NCBI GenBank assembly: GCA_949358305.1
Contig: OX442314.1
Coordinates: forward strand, 30,132,001 to 30,196,000
Origin: Strigamia acuminata
Lineage: Eukaryota
DNA length: 64,000 nucleotides
Direction: 5' to 3'
Program-made: the position numbers and the translations under genes
In this document: piece by piece, positions 22,846 through 34,000 of the stretch
Position numbering within the stretch: position 1 is the first letter of the stretch
How the letters are laid out: each line of letters begins with the position of its first letter
The notes under the pieces: generated by a model
Database searches by the model: none
Told to the model about the DNA's origin: nothing
Seen by the model: the letters and a program-made list of their open reading frames with translations, nothing else

Positions 22846-22906
22846 ACATTCCACATGATAGTTTTAGGTTACAAAGCTATATATATATATATTGTATAAT
22901 GTAATA

Positions 22907-23981
22907 TGTGGTGACCTCAAATATTCCTATTTGAGTGCGCACCATATTTCCAAATTGTCTTAAAAAAACATATTCAACAAGCTTATATGTTTTGTTTCAA
23001 TGTAAATTGAAACAAAATATATATTAATCAAATATAAAACAAGACACAATATTACCCAAATAATATTGTGTTTTGCAGCAAGTTTTGGCCCAGCAACAGC
23101 GTCAACCAATCGCGCTGCAGCGTGCATTGCTTTGATAATGCTGCTAGGCGTGTGCCTGGGCGGAGCATCCCTTCCCCTCGCGCGTGCCCAGCTCAATTGT
23201 TGCACACGACCCGAAGGCGGCCGTGTGTGATCTTTGTGCAACTCGTCATCTGCGCAGCTTTTCTGAGCAGATTTAGGAGTGAGCCCAACGGTTTTGGCCC
23301 ACTTTTCCCGCACTCTTGATCCTGCTTCCAAACCTTTCACAACCGTGTCAAACTTATGCCCAAACTCGCTAAGTGTGATCTGTGATATTGGAAGAATCGA
23401 GATTCATTGCTGGTCTGTATCAACTGTACAGAATAGCGCCTTTCTGCTTGAATTACTACGCGTAATTTAAGCCATTTCTGTGTGGAATTGACATTGAGCT
23501 TGCTCTGTCAATTTGAAGGCTTTGTGTTGAGTTTAACTCCACAAGGCGAACTGTGTTAAGACGGATTGTTACGTCGAGCTTGCTCCGTAATAATCAAACC
23601 GCTGTGTGCAAGACGTATTCTCGTGTTGAGCTTGCTCCGCGAGGATTTTAGTATATTTTAGCAACGTATTTTAGCGTTGAGTTTACTCCGCTAAAATCCC
23701 GCGCTCACGTAACGCCATCGACGCCATCTTGGAGCCAACGGTCAACCGTGAGTGTAGATACTGAAGAAGAAGCCAGATCGACCCCAAACATTATCTTTTT
23801 GCTGAATAATACCTCCTTTGTATTTTGAACGATTAAAACTATCTAATTTTTCCTTTACTCTGTGTAAAATCATTCCCCTAGACAAACATTTGGCCACAGA
23901 GTAGAAGTCCTGTACGGCATCTCTACGACGATTGCTTGATAAGTCTCCTCGATTTATTAAGTAAAAACCCGGATCGCCGCA
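22907..23981 (+). mobile_element. Solo LTR related to G4 LTR
   Basis: Starts TGTGGTGACCTCAAATATTC, ends AAAAACCCGGATCGCCGCA (both match G4 LTR termini); AATA TSD at 22903-22906 and 23982-23985. Confidence 0.9.
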
Positions 23982-23985
23982 AATA

Positions 23986-24450
23986 TAATGTAATATTTTA
24001 TGCTTTAGGAGCCAATGGAAGTGTTTTTAGTTTGGCATGCATGTTTTGTTTGGAAAAAACCATTCCTACTTTATGGAAGATGGTGTCGGCTTATATTCAG
24101 CATAATCGGTCGCAGAGGATGTTTGGTCGTTTCGTCAACACGGAAGTGGAGATTTTCCAACTTTGGACGACTTTTATTCAAGGAAAATGGAAAATAATGA
24201 ACGACAGCGCGTGTCAGGTTTTGTAAGATTGAAAGAACGAGATTATTCTTGAAAATTACAAAATTTGCTAAGATATTATGAAGCAAATTTACTAATACAT
24301 GTACGCATAACAAATAAATGATGTTATTAACATCATTCTAATAATTAGAATTTTTTCAATCTTTTCAAATTTTTCAAACTTATCAATAACTTTGACTCAA
24401 TTTTTTCAAATTTTAAAATAACTTTTTTTTAATTGTTTAATGAAAAAAAT
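23986..24450 (+). pseudogene. Inverted partial duplicate of the host gene at 31056-32310 with ~1.3-kb internal deletion
   Basis: ALGANGSVFSLACM...NDSACQV nearly identical to ORF 31056..32249; then jumps to the reverse complement of 30763-30530. Confidence 0.9.
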
Positions 24451-24738
24451 AAAAATTAAAGATATGTTTATACCCAAGGATATTGTTACTTGATTTAATA
24501 GTGAAATTCGAATTAAATTCAATTAACTAAAAATTTGAGTTTCTATACTGTTTTCAATGGAGAGCGAAGCAAAAGCAGCTTACTTGTTAGTGATAACGTC
24601 ATGGGCTTGGCCCCCGGTTTGGCCTAATTCAAAGTTTAACAATGATAAATTTTGACGTAGAAATAATAATTTTTCAACAAATGTTTCCCCAAGGTTGAAG
24701 TGATTAAATATAAAATTAAAAACAAACCTATATTTATA

Positions 24739-24938
24739 CAGGGTGTATCAGAATTCATGTTACACAGAAACAGGGGGTATAGAAGGGGAACAGGAGATCA
24801 CATTTCCACTAATCAAAAATTCCAAAAAAAAATTTTCCACATGGTTACAACCCCAAAAACAATGGAAGATTTCAAATATCGCGCCTCACGCATATCGCCA
24901 ACATTTGCCAGGTGTAACATGAATTCTGATACACCCTG
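24739..24938. mobile_element. MITE, Tc1/mariner-like
   Basis: 27-bp TIR CAGGGTGTATCAGAATTCATGTTACAC flanked by TA. Confidence 0.85.
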
Positions 24939-24954
24939 TATATACAGCTTCAAA

Positions 24955-25125
24955 GACGTTTCTAAAACGTATCGTTTTCGTCTAAAACGATACGTTTTCG
25001 AAACGTGGCAATATCGGTATCGGCCGAGCCAAAATATATCGGATCCGATATCGATAAATATCGAAATATCGGCCGATAGCCGATACCGATACCGGTATCG
25101 GTCAAAGTCTACTTTACAGCCCCTG
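24955..25125. repeat. Palindrome-rich DNA-transposon remnant
   Basis: Inverted repeats and CCGATA arrays ending in CAGCCCCTG. Confidence 0.45.
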
Positions 25126-25375
25126 TTCTGCAGCCACCTCCAATCAGATCAGACCTTTGAGCCATCAAGTTCAGTGGACCAGACGTTTCGGACCGCTATC
25201 TTAGATTCCCGAAGGATCGAACGTTCCCGACGTTCCCGAAGCCATTGCGAACGCCCACCAGACGTTTCACATTTCCGGACCGAAGCCATTGGAAGCGAAA
25301 CCAGATAACTGTCTTGGAGTCGACCAACACTCATTTCGTTGGTAAGTTTGTTACACATGTCAATGATTCAGATAA

Positions 25376-26202
25376 GGGGCCGTCCATAAATTACGTAACG
25401 CCTTAGGGGGGGAGAGGGGGTTTCAAATTCTGTTACTACGACGGGGGAGGGGGTGTAGGGGTTCGCAATACTGTGACGTAACTTATTTTTTTTTGAAATT
25501 TTGAAATTCTAAAAATTTGAAATTTTGAAATTTTGAAAAACTGAAAATTTTACTTTACAAATAATTGCTTTTTGAGTTATTATTCTTTTTAAAGGCTTTT
25601 ATTTAACTTGACTTGAACGTTTGTGTGTGTGTGTGTGTGTGTGTGGTTCAACGTCCGGTCACGTGACCCGTAAAGTGACTTTTTAGAACCGCAGCGCCAC
25701 CTGGCGGAACCCGTGTCCTTTAATGGATGCCAAAATGTTCGCCGATACGAATTTTGATGTTTTCGATACTAAAAAAGAATCTAAAAATTCTGAAACCAAA
25801 CTAAACCTGGTTAAAACAAAAATTCCTATCTGCCCATTTCTTTTGTTTTTTAATATTATTTAGAAAAAGTACTTTGTTGAAGGTTTTTTGGCACGATCAC
25901 GGCAATCACGAAACAATCTGCGGTAGTAGCGCACTCTAGCGGCGATTTGAACACCAATATAAAAGTTTTTTTCAAAAACTTGGTTTTTTTATATTTACTT
26001 GGTTTTTTGTATAAAATTGTATAAATAGTCATTATTAAATAAAAATTGTATTTGTATTTACTGTACCGTATATCAAAATGAGGGGGGTGGGGGTTAGTTT
26101 TGTTACATAATATTCTAGGGGGGGTTTATGGATTTGTTACGACCTTGTTACAGGGGGTCTAAAAGTTCAAAAATTAGCGTTACGTAATTTATGGACGGCC
26201 TC
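25376..26202. mobile_element. MITE, PIF/Harbinger-like
   Basis: TIR GGGGCCGTCCATAAATTACGTAACGC, TAA TSD on both sides; internal (TG)n. Confidence 0.9.
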
Positions 26203-26280
26203 TAAAAGCTAAATTTGAAGAAATGATTTTATTTTTGATTCGGCAGATTTCTTTAGTGCCAATTATTATTATATTAACAA

Positions 26281-27945
26281 ATGGGTACTAATCACCAACC
26301 GGAAGCAGCTAGTGCAAGTTCAACCGCTGCTATGTCCACATACGAGAAGCTCAAACGTGACGTTGAGAACTCCAAATCCACCCTGAACTTACAGCGCATC
26401 TCAACCAATGCACTTGCAATTTCACTTTGGAGAAGCAATCACTTGAAAGTAGAAATAAGAAACTCCTTTTCAAAAACTTGTGCATCTTACACGAACATGC
26501 TCAATCATGTTATCATCGAACGTAAACAAACACCGAATTTCAGATTAAACTACGCAAACAACGAAGATTTGTACAAGATCGAAGACAAAGTACGGAAACT
26601 AGTGAAAAAGATTCGTCTACCGAGCTCCTTAAAGCCCGAGCTTTATTACGCAATTTCAACGACGGGCCGTGAAATTCAAAAATGGCTAATTTATCTCGCA
26701 AAGTACACGTGGTCTGACGACAACGATTCGAGGGAATACGTGCTTGACATTGCTTGGACTGGACAGGGCATGGTTGACAAACAGGGAACGGTCGAATTAC
26801 TACTAAGAAATCACAGACACACTTTAGGGAGCAACGGAAGTTTATTTAGTTTGGCGTGTATGTTGTGTTTGGATCGAGTCATTCCTAGTTTGTGGAACCT
26901 GTTGCCCGAATGCATTCGGCGTTGTCGACCTATGACATCTTTGGGACGTTTTGTGCTCGCCGAACCCAAGATTTTCGACTTTTGGGTCACTTATATAGAA
27001 AGAAAACGGGACAGATTAGACGAGAGTGAGTGCGAATATCTGCTCGAGCAATTTCCAGACGATCCGACCGATGCTGTAAACTGTATTTGGCATCGTGTGA
27101 GTGAGGCGGGAAAAATTGAATTGGCTAAAGGTGCATTTACCACATTTTCGAGGCATTTGGATCGGGACGTTTTCTACTTGTATTTAAGTCGCGCGATTGA
27201 AAGTCAACTCTAGTGGCTCGTTGAATCTATAGCGTCGAGACTTTTGCAAATATTGCTGTATGTGCAGAGCTCCTGGAAGGAATATTTTCTAGCCACAATC
27301 GGAGGTTTGCTTCATCTCGTTAGTCGGGATGATGTTTCGACTGTGATTAGAATAGTTTCCGAATGGATATCGACGAATGATTACCGGTATGTTTCGCCCA
27401 AGTTTTTTTACGTGCTGTTGAATGAGTTTCCTGGAGAAATGAAAAAGAGATTTTTCACGCGCGGTGGACGTCAGTTGTTGACGAGTGTTAGGAATTTGGA
27501 GTTTTTTAAAGAGATGACTCGTAAGGAAAATGACGAATACAAATACGAAATGATTAAGTTGAACTTTGCAAGTTGTTTGGAGATGATTGAAAATGGCGAC
27601 GGGTTGGAATTAGATGGATTTCTTGGAGCGATTTTCGACTGTGGAGATTGGATTAAGAAGGTTAAGATTGAGATTGGTGCGTTTGGAGTTGAGAATTTTA
27701 TCTATTATTTGGTCTGGAAGGATAAATACGAAACGTTTTTTAATTGGTGCTTTAGCTTGTCTGCGGTTGAAGAAGTCGTGGCATTTAAGAGAATGCATTT
27801 TGGTTATGCGTTTCTGGAAACGAAATTCAAAAGATGCGCCGCTAATAATATGATGGATGTTGACAAGTTTGGCGCTTGGTCTTTACTGTCGCAGGATGAA
27901 ATCAATCGATTCAAGGAGATTGTGACGGGAAAAAACTTAGCATGA
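26281..27945 (+). pseudogene. Intronless uncharacterised host-family gene with one in-frame TAG (27211-27213)
   Basis: ORFs 26281..27213 and 27244..27945 are in the same frame and together are collinear with the paralog at 45630-31056. Confidence 0.8.
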
Positions 27946-28345
27946 ATAATTAATACAAGATATAAAGAATATTAAGGGGTAAGATAGGAGGCTGCACTGC
28001 AGGGGAACTTGCAGTAAAGGCAGGAAAAGGAACTTGGAGTGACGTGAGTCACTCAAAGGATAAGAGGGGGGTCACTGGACAGGTGACCACAAATAGCCTT
28101 AGGCTAACAGGAATTTAACAAGTGAATAAAAACTTAGATAAATCATCACTGGATAGCTAAAAGGAGACCGCAGAGTGTGTAATTCACAATTGTAAAAATT
28201 ATTGTTAATTAAAGTATTCACATGACCTGAACAATGTTTCTTTCAAATTAATATTAATTAAATTAAAATTTTCTAAAAACAAATATAAAATAACAAACAT
28301 TAACATTACTGCTAAAAATAAAAAAAAATTAAAATTAAAAATTTT

Positions 28346-28417
28346 CACAGACAACAGGATTTGAACCCGTGTGGAAAGATTCCTAGTCCATTGCCTTAAC
28401 CACTGGGCCACCACTAC
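28346..28417 (-). pseudogene. tRNA-Ser-derived remnant (pseudogene or SINE head)
   Basis: GTAGTGGTGGCCCAGTGGTTAAGGCAATGGACTAGGAATC...GGTTCAAATCCTG has A and B boxes but a broken acceptor stem and shortened variable arm. Confidence 0.55.
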
Positions 28418-28729
28418 AAACTTTTGTTAGTTTCATTAAGACAGTCATGTTGGTGAACAAAGTTATGATGTCATATGTCATGTGATATCAAATTACTTGG
28501 GTTCCAGGGTAAGGTTTGAACAGGCTAATCACCAAGTGTAGTGCTAAACTTGACCTTTTTACTCAAAAAATCAAAAAATAGTATTTCAACACAGTAAAGA
28601 ATCATGGGTGTTGTAACTGTTTGTAACAATGTGAGAGAGAGGTGCATTTAAATATTTGAAAGAAACATAGCTCAGGTCATGTGAATACTTTATTTAACAA
28701 TAATTTTAACAATTGATTTTCTTTGATAA

Positions 28730-30487
28730 ATATTAATAATTATTGATTTTCCTTGATAAATATTAATGAAAATTGATTTATCTTGAGGAAATTGATATTT
28801 TAGATACAACCAAACATTTTTCGCAATTCTTATTCTGTTTTCTATTACTTTTTCCAGACACATCCCACGCAAACAAGCTTCATGTCCAGTGTCGATGGTG
28901 CCGTGTCGATCTTCACACACAATGCGCCTACCAAATGATGATGCCCGAAGCCATAGCTATTGTTTGCGCACCCAAATTCAACGAGTAAATCATCCACAAC
29001 TAAAATCAAAATCAAAATCAAAATCAAATACAATTTCTCTTTTATTCCGACAAATTAGAACCGGTTTATTCGCACTCACGCCCGACTACGGCCTCGATTA
29101 CATCGCTAAATGCCAACTGCTAGGCTTTCATCCGCACCCCAAAGACCCCCCATTATACGAAGTAAAAGCAACGAAAGAAAAACACTAAAAATCAAATCGA
29201 TTTAATAATTTATATTTGAAATTGCTTGCAGACTTGTTCGCACGTCATAACGAGTGGCGAGGCGCAGGTTACCATCGTGGACTTAAGGAAATCTTAACGA
29301 GTTTAAATGCGATGCGATATACTCGATATATGTGAATTATTCTATAAAGATATTTTTATTGAGTCTAATTTTCCGAGTGAAGGGAAGCGCTGTGAGTGTT
29401 TGGACGGTCGCCACGTGGTCGGGGGAGAGCCACGAGACGCTGGACACAACACACACGATAGAATTCACTCCGAAATACACAAGAGACACAAGTTTAGTTT
29501 AAGGTAAGCTTTATTGATGTCTAGGGGTATGATGTGGTGTCTCCCAGTGCATTTCCCAATGCGACGGCTGCGAACAGCCGTCCCTAACAAGACCGCGTGG
29601 CACGGCGGCCAATGGCCGCCATGACACACGAGGTCGGAATACCGTTTAGCCGTGTCGTCGCTACGTTCACGGAGAACGCAGGACGGACACGGGGAACGTG
29701 GACTATCAAGTCCCGGCGGGCGACAGAGTCGCTACGCCAACTGGATTCGTCATTGCCGCCAGCGTGGAAGAGCGATCGTGGAAGCGAACGTTCGCCATGC
29801 TGGAAGTTAGAGAACTCTCTCGGCCTCTGCGGGGCCCACCACTTCCGGAAGGGGCACTTCCGGTTCCCAATTGGCCGAGCCAACGACCATCAGCTCCACC
29901 TGGTGCGGGGGTCCGCAACAGGTGCGCGCGAGAAACACACGAGGTGCGCGAGAGCCGTGGAAGCGCCGTGTGTTGCAGGCAAGTGAGCGGACTGAGCGGG
30001 CAGCCGGTCACAGCGCACTGATTGAATATTTAAGCTAAGCTGTTTTAATATTTTGTTATTTACAAAGAAAAAAATAAATAAAAATAAAGATATGCACCGA
30101 ATGAAAAAAATCATGTTCTATTGAATTAATTTAAATGCAATTGTTAGGGGTAAAGATCAGGTAAAAATGAGTAAAATCAAGTAGAAATGAGTAAAAATTA
30201 AGTAGAAATGAGTAAAAATTAAGTAGAAATGAGTAAAAATTAAGTAAAAACAGTTAAAATCAAGTAAAAATAGCTAAAAACCAAAGAAAAGCAGGTAAAA
30301 ATCGAGAAAAAGAAGAAAAAAACTGATAAAACCATGTAATACCCGGTTTAAAAAGTGTGAAAACGTGTAAAATCGAAATATCGATCATTCCATTTATTTT
30401 ATTTTGTTTAAAACCCAGATTTAAAAAAAAGCAAAACGGAACTTATAAGCGAAGCGAAACAGGCATTTTCAATTTCCCTAACTCCAG
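28730..30487 (+). pseudogene. Inverted duplicate of STAMBP last three exons and 3' flank
   Basis: Matches reverse complement of ~46890-45765; 14-bp frameshifting insertion near 28897 and a solo LTR insertion. Confidence 0.9.
29391..30012 (-). mobile_element. Solo LTR (622 bp)
   Basis: TGTGAG...GTCACA with GCGC TSD; the empty site is visible at ~46225-46240. Confidence 0.9.
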
Positions 30488-31055
30488 ACCTTGGTATAAT
30501 GTCGTAAACATATCTTTAATTTTTCTTTTTTTCATTAAACAATTAAAAAATTGAAAAAATTGAATAAAAGTTATTTAAAAATTTGAAAAAATTGAGTCAA
30601 AGTTATTGATAAGTTTGAAAAATTTGAAATGATTGCAAATATTCTAATTATTAGAATGATGTTTACGGGTATTTGTAAATTTATTTGTAAATTAGTTATT
30701 TGCTTCATATCGTAGCAAATTTTGTAATTTTCAAAAATAGTCTCGTTCTTTCAATCTTACAAATCCTCATTAAATCAAATCAGTAAAAACAATACCGAAA
30801 CAAAAAACTTCCACTCGTCACTGAAAAAAGCATTGCAGTGAAAACGGACTTTATTCCATAAAAAGATTCTATTTTAAACACAAAATTTGAAATAATGCAA
30901 CTATTTTCTTATGAAAAACACGAACAAATAATTTTCTTGAATAATCAATAGTGGGGGAATGACAATCAGAAGTGATCGGAGAAAAATTCTAAATGCGCTT
31001 AAGAAAGATTCTAGCGATTGTCATCCTCCTCGATTGAACCGAGTATAATCGTCTT

Positions 31056-34000
31056 TCAATCCGTCAAATCATCATCAAAACAAGTCAGGATATTGTTCAA
31101 TGGATACGGACTGTTAGCCATCACTTCCAAAAATTCAACGCAAGAAAACGACCCATTAGCTTTAGCCTTCCTCTCGTTAACCTCCATCATGTTCTTAAAT
31201 CGACTCATCTCATCCTCCGCCATTAAACACCAAGTGCCAAACTTGTCAACATCTTTCACAGTTCTAGCGCTGCAATTCTTGAATTTTGTTTCCAGAAATG
31301 CAAAACCAAAATGCGCCCTTTTAAATTCAACCATTTCTTCGTCAGTAGGAAAACACCAATTAAAAAACATTTTGTACACATCTTTCCCAACAAAATACAC
31401 AAAATGTGCGGCCGCAAACGCCCCAATCTCCATCTTAATCTTCTTAATCCAACCATCCCAACCGCCGCTCTCGAAAACCTCTTCGAGAAATCGATCGAGT
31501 TCCAATCCGCCGCCATTTTCAATAATCTCCGAGCAATTTGCAACGTTGGATTTAATCATTTCGTATTTATACTCGACATTTTCATTTCTAATAACCGCTT
31601 TAAAAAACTCCAAATTCCCAACACCCATCAATAATTTCCTTTCGTGTTTTAGAAAAAACCCTTCTTTAAGATTACCGGGGAGTTTGTGCCACAAAACCAG
31701 GAAAATCCGCAAAGAAAAATACACCTTTTTCAATATCATTTGCGTAATTCTTCGCAATAAAATCAAAAGGTCATTCTGACTAACAAGATGCAACAAATAG
31801 CCAATTGTGGGCAGAAAATATTCTTGCCAAGGTCTGTTTGCGAACACCAATCGGTAAAGCAGCCCTATTGCATCGTTTTCGATGATTGACAAGAGTTGTT
31901 GTTTAGTCGCACGACTCAAACAAAAATAAAAAAGGTCAGAATGTGGTAAACCGCCCGGAAAAAACAAAATCTCCATCACTTTGTTTCTCCCCGTCTGAGT
32001 CATTCGATACCAAACGTATTTCAAAGGTTCAACCGAATCCATCGGAAACTTGCTAAGAAAGACCTGACACGCGCTGTCGTTCATTATTTTCCATTTTCCT
32101 TGAATAAAAGTCGTCCAAAGTTGGAAAATCTCCACTTCAGTGTTGACAAAACGACCAAACATCCTCCGCGATCGATTATGCTGAATATAAGCCGGCAACA
32201 TCTTCCATAAAGTAGGAATCGCTTTTTCCAAACAAAACATGCACGCCAAACTAAAAACACTTCCATTGGCTCCTAAAGCATAAAATATTACATTATATTA
32301 CATTATATTATTACACATGTATCGTATTACATTCAGGGTGACCAGGTTTTGAAAATACAAAACCGGTTACCCTAATAATATTGGATTATATTAGGTGCAT
32401 TCAATCTGGGTTAGAAGAAGTGACTATCACTTTCCTTCCTTTCCTCAAAGTCACTTTTCATTGAATGGACTTACTTACCACCAGACTATCCATTTCCATT
32501 TACCGTGTGCCACACGTTTGAATTTACCGTGCACACGTGTGAATTTACCGTGTTCATCGACACCAAAATGGCTGCCACAGTAGCTTTGTTAAATGTGCAA
32601 TGCGCACGCACATAAGTGACTTTTAAAAGGTGGAAAAGGAACTTTCCAGTTACTTTCCTGAAAGTCACTTAGGTGACTTTACTTGGTCAACGTGTGACGT
32701 AATTATCGTCACTTCCGCCCTTTGAAAGGCAGTTAAGTCAGTTAAGTGACTTTCTACTAGCAGATGGAACGCACCTATTATATCATTCCGTGCCTAAAGT
32801 GTATTTGTTGTTTCTCAGTAATAAAGCAACAGTTTCCCTTTTGTCCACCGTGCCGTGGACAGTCCATGCAATGTCATTCGCGTATTCTTTTGAAATGTTG
32901 CGGTCGGTCCACGTGTATTTCCTAAGGTAAATTAACCATTCGTATATTTGACTGCCTGTTATAAAAATTGCGTCGTAAAGTGCTGCGATCCGGGTTTTTA
33001 TCCACTTAATTTCTAATAAATTAAGCAGAAACCGCAGGTGAATGCTTTACAAGACTTATATCGCGGCCGAAACTTGTCTAGGGTTAAGTTTACGGAAATA
33101 GGAATAAAAAGACAGTTTATTATGGTAATAAAAATCACACAAATGTTTTATTCGATAAATTACAATATATACTAATTATGATTATGAATATCACAGAATA
33201 AAATGAGCGGGAAACAATGAAACAAAGGAAGGGCTTGCAACGACTGTTGCAAGCTACAAAGCGTCAGAAATGGCGCTTAAACAACTTGAAGTTGTTAGGC
33301 GAAGGCAAATTGTCTTCGTTCTACGAACTCACGAACGATGGTCGAAGACGATGGTTCTCGTGGGCTCCTTCTACGGCTCGTGCGACGGCTCGGCGGCGGT
33401 GGTTGACGGCTGTAGGCGTCCGGCTTTCGTACGATGGCGGTGGCTGTCGTTCGCGCGACAGCGACGGCGATGGTTCACGATCGTCGGGAATCTTCTCTTC
33501 TCGATTGCTGGAATTAGCGACGGCTAATTCAAGCAGGATTGCTGGCTTTGTGCGTTTGATACACAAAGATAGCAGGTGAAACTGAGTTACAACGGTCCTC
33601 TATCAATACTTTTCTTTCAGGAGCAAAAGCAGTGATGTTGAGGTTGTTGTTGTATTTTTCAGAGTCCCGATTTGAGCCAAGACGCGAGCCCAGCACGCTT
33701 CAATATTGCGCAGAAAACCTGCGCACTTAGCTCAAATGGGTGCAACTAGTGGTTATTACACCATATTGCACCATAACGGCTAATAACCGTTTTCACCCCG
33801 GACAACCTGGGGTGATATGTGCCTAGAGAGGATTTCTCCCCTCGGTCACATGATCTGACTTGGCGTGTGCCACAGTCAAATTAATTAGAAGATAATTAAT
33901 TTAATCTTCTAAGTTGGTGAATATTTTGAGATCACCACACATCCCCCCATTTAAGACGAATCTTACATGGAGAGAAAATGAACGAACCAATTTATGATTC

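Noticed and set aside
24210..24230. 1.3-kb deletion junction as a spliced-out GT..AG intron (retrocopy)
   Set aside because: The copy retains intron-like and flanking genomic sequence and the deleted part is coding in both paralogs; AGG microhomology explains it.
25180..25215. GACGTTTCGG as a Penelope-type hammerhead arm
   Set aside because: The required TCNTCAG partner is not present nearby.
24700..25308. 202-aa ORF
   Set aside because: Runs across a MITE and palindromic repeats; chance open frame.
28346..28417. Functional tRNA-Ser gene
   Set aside because: Acceptor and anticodon stems do not pair properly; treated as a remnant.
31018..31779. 253-aa plus-strand ORF and similar antisense ORFs over gag/pol
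   Set aside because: Shadow frames of real minus-strand coding sequence.
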